DNA of 64,000 nucleotides from Terriglobia bacterium (GTDB lineage Bacteria; Acidobacteriota; Terriglobia; 2-12-FULL-54-10): NCBI GenBank assembly GCA_965222345.1, contig CBDCTS010000004.1, positions 641,625 to 705,624 of the forward strand, read 5' to 3'. Shown piece by piece: positions 61,275 to 64,000 of this stretch (position 1 is its first letter; each line of letters starts with the position of its first letter). The notes under the pieces were generated by a model. It saw only the letters and a program-made list of their open reading frames with translations, ran no database searches and was not told where the DNA came from. The position numbers and the translations under genes were made by a program.

Positions 61275-63431
61275 CTACCCGGCGCCTCGAAGCGTGGGAT
61301 TCGGTTGGACGGACCCTGCCGCTGGAAGGCTTATCGCAGGCGGCTTGGCCGTCGGCTGTTCCGCCCGCGTCCTTCCGCCGACTCGAAACCGCACAATGAT
61401 TTTTCCCCCCTCCGGCAAGGGAAGGTTCTGCGTAGGGGATTGCTCATAGGCAATACCACTACCCACAACCTGCAGCTCCAAACCCTCAGCAATTGATTGT
61501 TCCACAACGTCCCGTACTGTCTTTCCCAAAAAGTTGGGAACAATTGGGCCGGAATCAAGTGTTACGAGAGAGCCTGGTTGCATTCCTTGCAATGGGCTTG
61601 TGGAGGATTCCTGCGCAGTAAAAAGAGTGGTAGCCGCTGCCGCTTCCGGCTCCTTCACGGCAAACTCAGCCAGGCCGGTTTCCCTCTGCCCGGAAGGGAG
61701 GACGGAGTTGGATTCCAACCGGATATCCGGGTCCCCGGCGGCAAGGGCCCGGGCTGGGGAAGAGTTCAAAGGCAATGTGGCCGGGACATTCCGGTAAGCC
61801 AAAGATTGTATGGCGACGCGTTTGAAAATTGGGGCCGCCACAGTTCCTCCCCCATGCAGCCCCTTAGGAGAATCGATCACGACCAGGATGGTGAACACCG
61901 GAGATTCGGCCGGGGTAAACCCGACAAAGGAAGCCACGTAGTCTGTCAGCGAATAAGTGCCGGTGGCAGGATCAATTTTCTGTGCGGTGCCCGTCTTGCC
62001 GGCAGCGGTGTAACCCTCCAGCCGAGCTTGCCGGCCGGTGCCAGCATTGACCACTTGTGCCATCATGCGACGCAAAGTGGCTGCCGTCTCCGGGCTGATG
62101 ACCTGCCGGGTCTCGCTGGTTTCGGCGGGGCTGCCAGAACGAAGAGGCTCTTTCACGATGCGCGGCCTGTTCCACCGACCCCCATTCGCCACGGCGGAGG
62201 TGGCAGTTACAAGCTGGATGGGCGTAACTCCGATCTCTTGTCCCATGCTGATGGACCCAATTGAGACTCTTGACCACCGCTCCGGAGGCTTGGTCAAACC
62301 CCGGCTCTCGCCGGGCAACTCGATTCCGGTGGGACTGCCGAACCCAAAGTCGCGCAGGTACCGGTACAATCCCCCGTCTCCCAGCCGCATGGCCAGCTTG
62401 ATGATTCCCACATCACTGGAATATTGCAGGATTTCCCCGACGCTCAGGATGGGGAACGGCTTGTGATCCCGAATCGTATGGCCGGCTATGACAATATGGC
62501 CCATTTGGCAGTCGATGCGCTCTGCCGGATGGGTTAGATTCTCTTCCAAAACTGCTGCTGCTGTGACGACCTTTAAGGTGGATCCTGGTTCATAGGCCGC
62601 GCTGACGGCCAGGTTGCGGAACGCTTCCGGGTCAGCTTCCGAATAGATATTCGGATTGAAAGTGGGCCGGCTGGCCATCGCCAGAATCTCCCCCGAGTAG
62701 GGGTCCTGCACGACGATACTGCCGGACAGAGCTCTCGTTTGCTCCATGGCCCGGTCCAGTTCCCTCTCCACAATGTATTGGATATTTTCATCCAGCGTCA
62801 GGATTAGGTTTTCCCCGGCTTGGGGCGGACGCCCGGAGCGGCTGAACCAGCGTTGCCGGGCATCCCTTTCAATAATCAACTGGCCGGGACGTCCCCGAAT
62901 GGTCTCCTCGTAGCGCAGCTCGACGCCAGCCAGCCCGTTGTCGTCCATGCCAACATGGCCGAGCACGTGGGCAGCCAGCTCCCGTTTGGGATAAAAACGC
63001 TTGGTCTCCTTCTGGAAATAAATGCCCGTCAAATTCAACTCGCGGATGCGAGTTGCCTCCCGGGCGGAGACCTTGCGTTTAATCCAGCGAAAAAAACTCG
63101 GCTCCTGGAGCTTCTGCAGAACCTCGGCTGGGTCCAGACTCAGCGCCGAAGCCAGCAGTTTGGCGGTACTATCCGCATTGGGAACCTCCGTCGGGACAGC
63201 GAAGACCGAATCCACCTCGATGCTCATCGCCAGCGGGCGGTGGTTCCGGTCGTAAATCATGCCCCTCACCGGACTCACTTCAACGGTGCGCTCTTGCTGC
63301 CGCCGGGCTCGGCGGGTGAAGGAATCAAATTGGAAGACTTGCAAATCCACGAGGCGGACAAAAATCAGGGCAACCCACACGAGCAGGATGGCGGGCACAA
63401 TGAGAAAATGGCGACGGGGAGGTGGCCTCAT
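61275..63431 (-). CDS. ftsI: Peptidoglycan D,D-transpeptidase FtsI (PBP3) with a C-terminal extension
   Basis: N-terminal TM helix, PBP dimerisation and transpeptidase domains (STLK-like, KTGTA). Confidence 0.9.
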   Translation of the reverse strand: MRPPPRRHFLIVPAILLVWVALIFVRLVDLQVFQFDSFTRRARRQQERTVEVSPVRGMIYDRNHRPLAMSIEVDSVFAVPTEVPNADSTAKLLASALSLDPAEVLQKLQEPSFFRWIKRKVSAREATRIRELNLTGIYFQKETKRFYPKRELAAHVLGHVGMDDNGLAGVELRYEETIRGRPGQLIIERDARQRWFSRSGRPPQAGENLILTLDENIQYIVERELDRAMEQTRALSGSIVVQDPYSGEILAMASRPTFNPNIYSEADPEAFRNLAVSAAYEPGSTLKVVTAAAVLEENLTHPAERIDCQMGHIVIAGHTIRDHKPFPILSVGEILQYSSDVGIIKLAMRLGDGGLYRYLRDFGFGSPTGIELPGESRGLTKPPERWSRVSIGSISMGQEIGVTPIQLVTATSAVANGGRWNRPRIVKEPLRSGSPAETSETRQVISPETAATLRRMMAQVVNAGTGRQARLEGYTAAGKTGTAQKIDPATGTYSLTDYVASFVGFTPAESPVFTILVVIDSPKGLHGGGTVAAPIFKRVAIQSLAYRNVPATLPLNSSPARALAAGDPDIRLESNSVLPSGQRETGLAEFAVKEPEAAAATTLFTAQESSTSPLQGMQPGSLVTLDSGPIVPNFLGKTVRDVVEQSIAEGLELQVVGSGIAYEQSPTQNLPLPEGGKIIVRFRVGGRTRAEQPTAKPPAISLPAAGSVQPNPTLRGAG

Positions 63432-63489
63432 GTCCCCTGGCAGTCGATCGATTCAAAGTAATAGTCCGGCAAGGCTGATAGCAGCCCTG

Positions 63490-63915
63490 CTAGGGCACCA
63501 CTATGGCAACATTCTTTGCTTGTGACGGAAGCGGCGCAGCCTGAACTTTCGCCAGCACGGAAACTTCCGGTGCTAGGGAGGATGCCTCCCCGCTGACGAT
63601 CTGAGCGGGAGAAAGGATTGTCATTCCCAGCTGGTTGCGGGCAATTGTGTCAATCCGCACGAGGTCGCCGAGCGAGGCTTCCTCCAGCCGCAGTTTGCGG
63701 TTTGCCTCGAGCACCTGCTGCTTTTCCTGCTGGAGCCTCTCGATGCGGTAACCGTACTGCACGCATTCAAAACTCTGCCACGCGGAAAACAAAACGATCC
63801 CAAAACAAAAGACCGCCACCAGGCTGATGGAAAGACATTTCCGGGCTGTATGCGGATCCGCCACCGGCACGAGTCGGGAATTATCAACCGGCATGACAAA
63901 ATAGATTTCTCTCAT
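63490..63915 (-). CDS. ftsL: Cell division protein FtsL
   Basis: Small TM + coiled-coil protein immediately upstream of ftsI. Confidence 0.75.
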   Translation of the reverse strand: MREIYFVMPVDNSRLVPVADPHTARKCLSISLVAVFCFGIVLFSAWQSFECVQYGYRIERLQQEKQQVLEANRKLRLEEASLGDLVRIDTIARNQLGMTILSPAQIVSGEASSLAPEVSVLAKVQAAPLPSQAKNVAIVVP

Positions 63916-64000
63916 GGCGCAGTAAAAAGCTTTCTATGAATTTTCGGCTCCCTCTCTAGCCGTATTCGGGGCTCCCGACAATCCGTCCGGGGAGTCCTCT

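Noticed and set aside
63930-64000. 3' end of rsmH/mraW upstream of ftsL on the minus strand
   Set aside because: Only about 70 bp are available and the translated tail (..NTAREGAENS*) is not diagnostic. Too short to call.

Overview
High-GC bacterial chromosome window (probably Acidobacteria-like) made of two very different parts.

**Accessory island (about 640-34760).** It sits immediately downstream of a partial glutamate-synthase-family gene and is saturated with insertion sequences: an IS110-family remnant, one IS3-family element, and two identical 1264-bp copies of a second IS3-family element (2474-3737 and 33496-34759) that bracket about 30 kb of cargo. The cargo holds a Fic N-terminal fragment cut off by the IS, two secreted proteins sharing an N-terminal module (FGE-sulfatase-domain protein; ankyrin-repeat/M48-peptidase fusion), a tyrosine-integrase C-terminal remnant, an SRAP (YedK-like) + Y-family polymerase pair, a TIR-domain protein, a degraded higB with an intact higA, and a five-gene defence-like operon. 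That operon encodes a fused DEAH-helicase/DUF1998 protein, an SNF2 helicase, a 1404-aa NPPW N6-adenine methyltransferase, an uncharacterised 423-aa protein and an HNH nuclease, resembling DISARM class 1 with a DrmA-DrmB fusion and no PLD. A Fic/Doc-like protein with a degenerate motif sits directly upstream of the operon.

**Housekeeping part (34760-64000).** Past the right-hand IS copy come a LexA/cI-type S24 repressor, oligoendopeptidase F, an LLM-class flavin oxidoreductase, acetoacetate-CoA ligase, an ISNCY element with a 16-bp target duplication inserted beside a 9-bp tandem repeat array, and a minus-strand dcw cell-division cluster (ftsZ-ftsA-ftsQ-murB-murC-[VOC]-murG-ftsW-mraY-murF-[4.6 kb insertion]-murE-ftsI-ftsL). 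The insertion has lower GC by eye and carries an IS1595 transposase, hypothetical genes and a REP-flanked IS200/RAYT pseudogene; murD and ddl are absent from their canonical positions.

No rRNA, tRNA or CRISPR was detected by eye. All calls rest on reading the supplied ORF translations and the sequence; no database searches were run.
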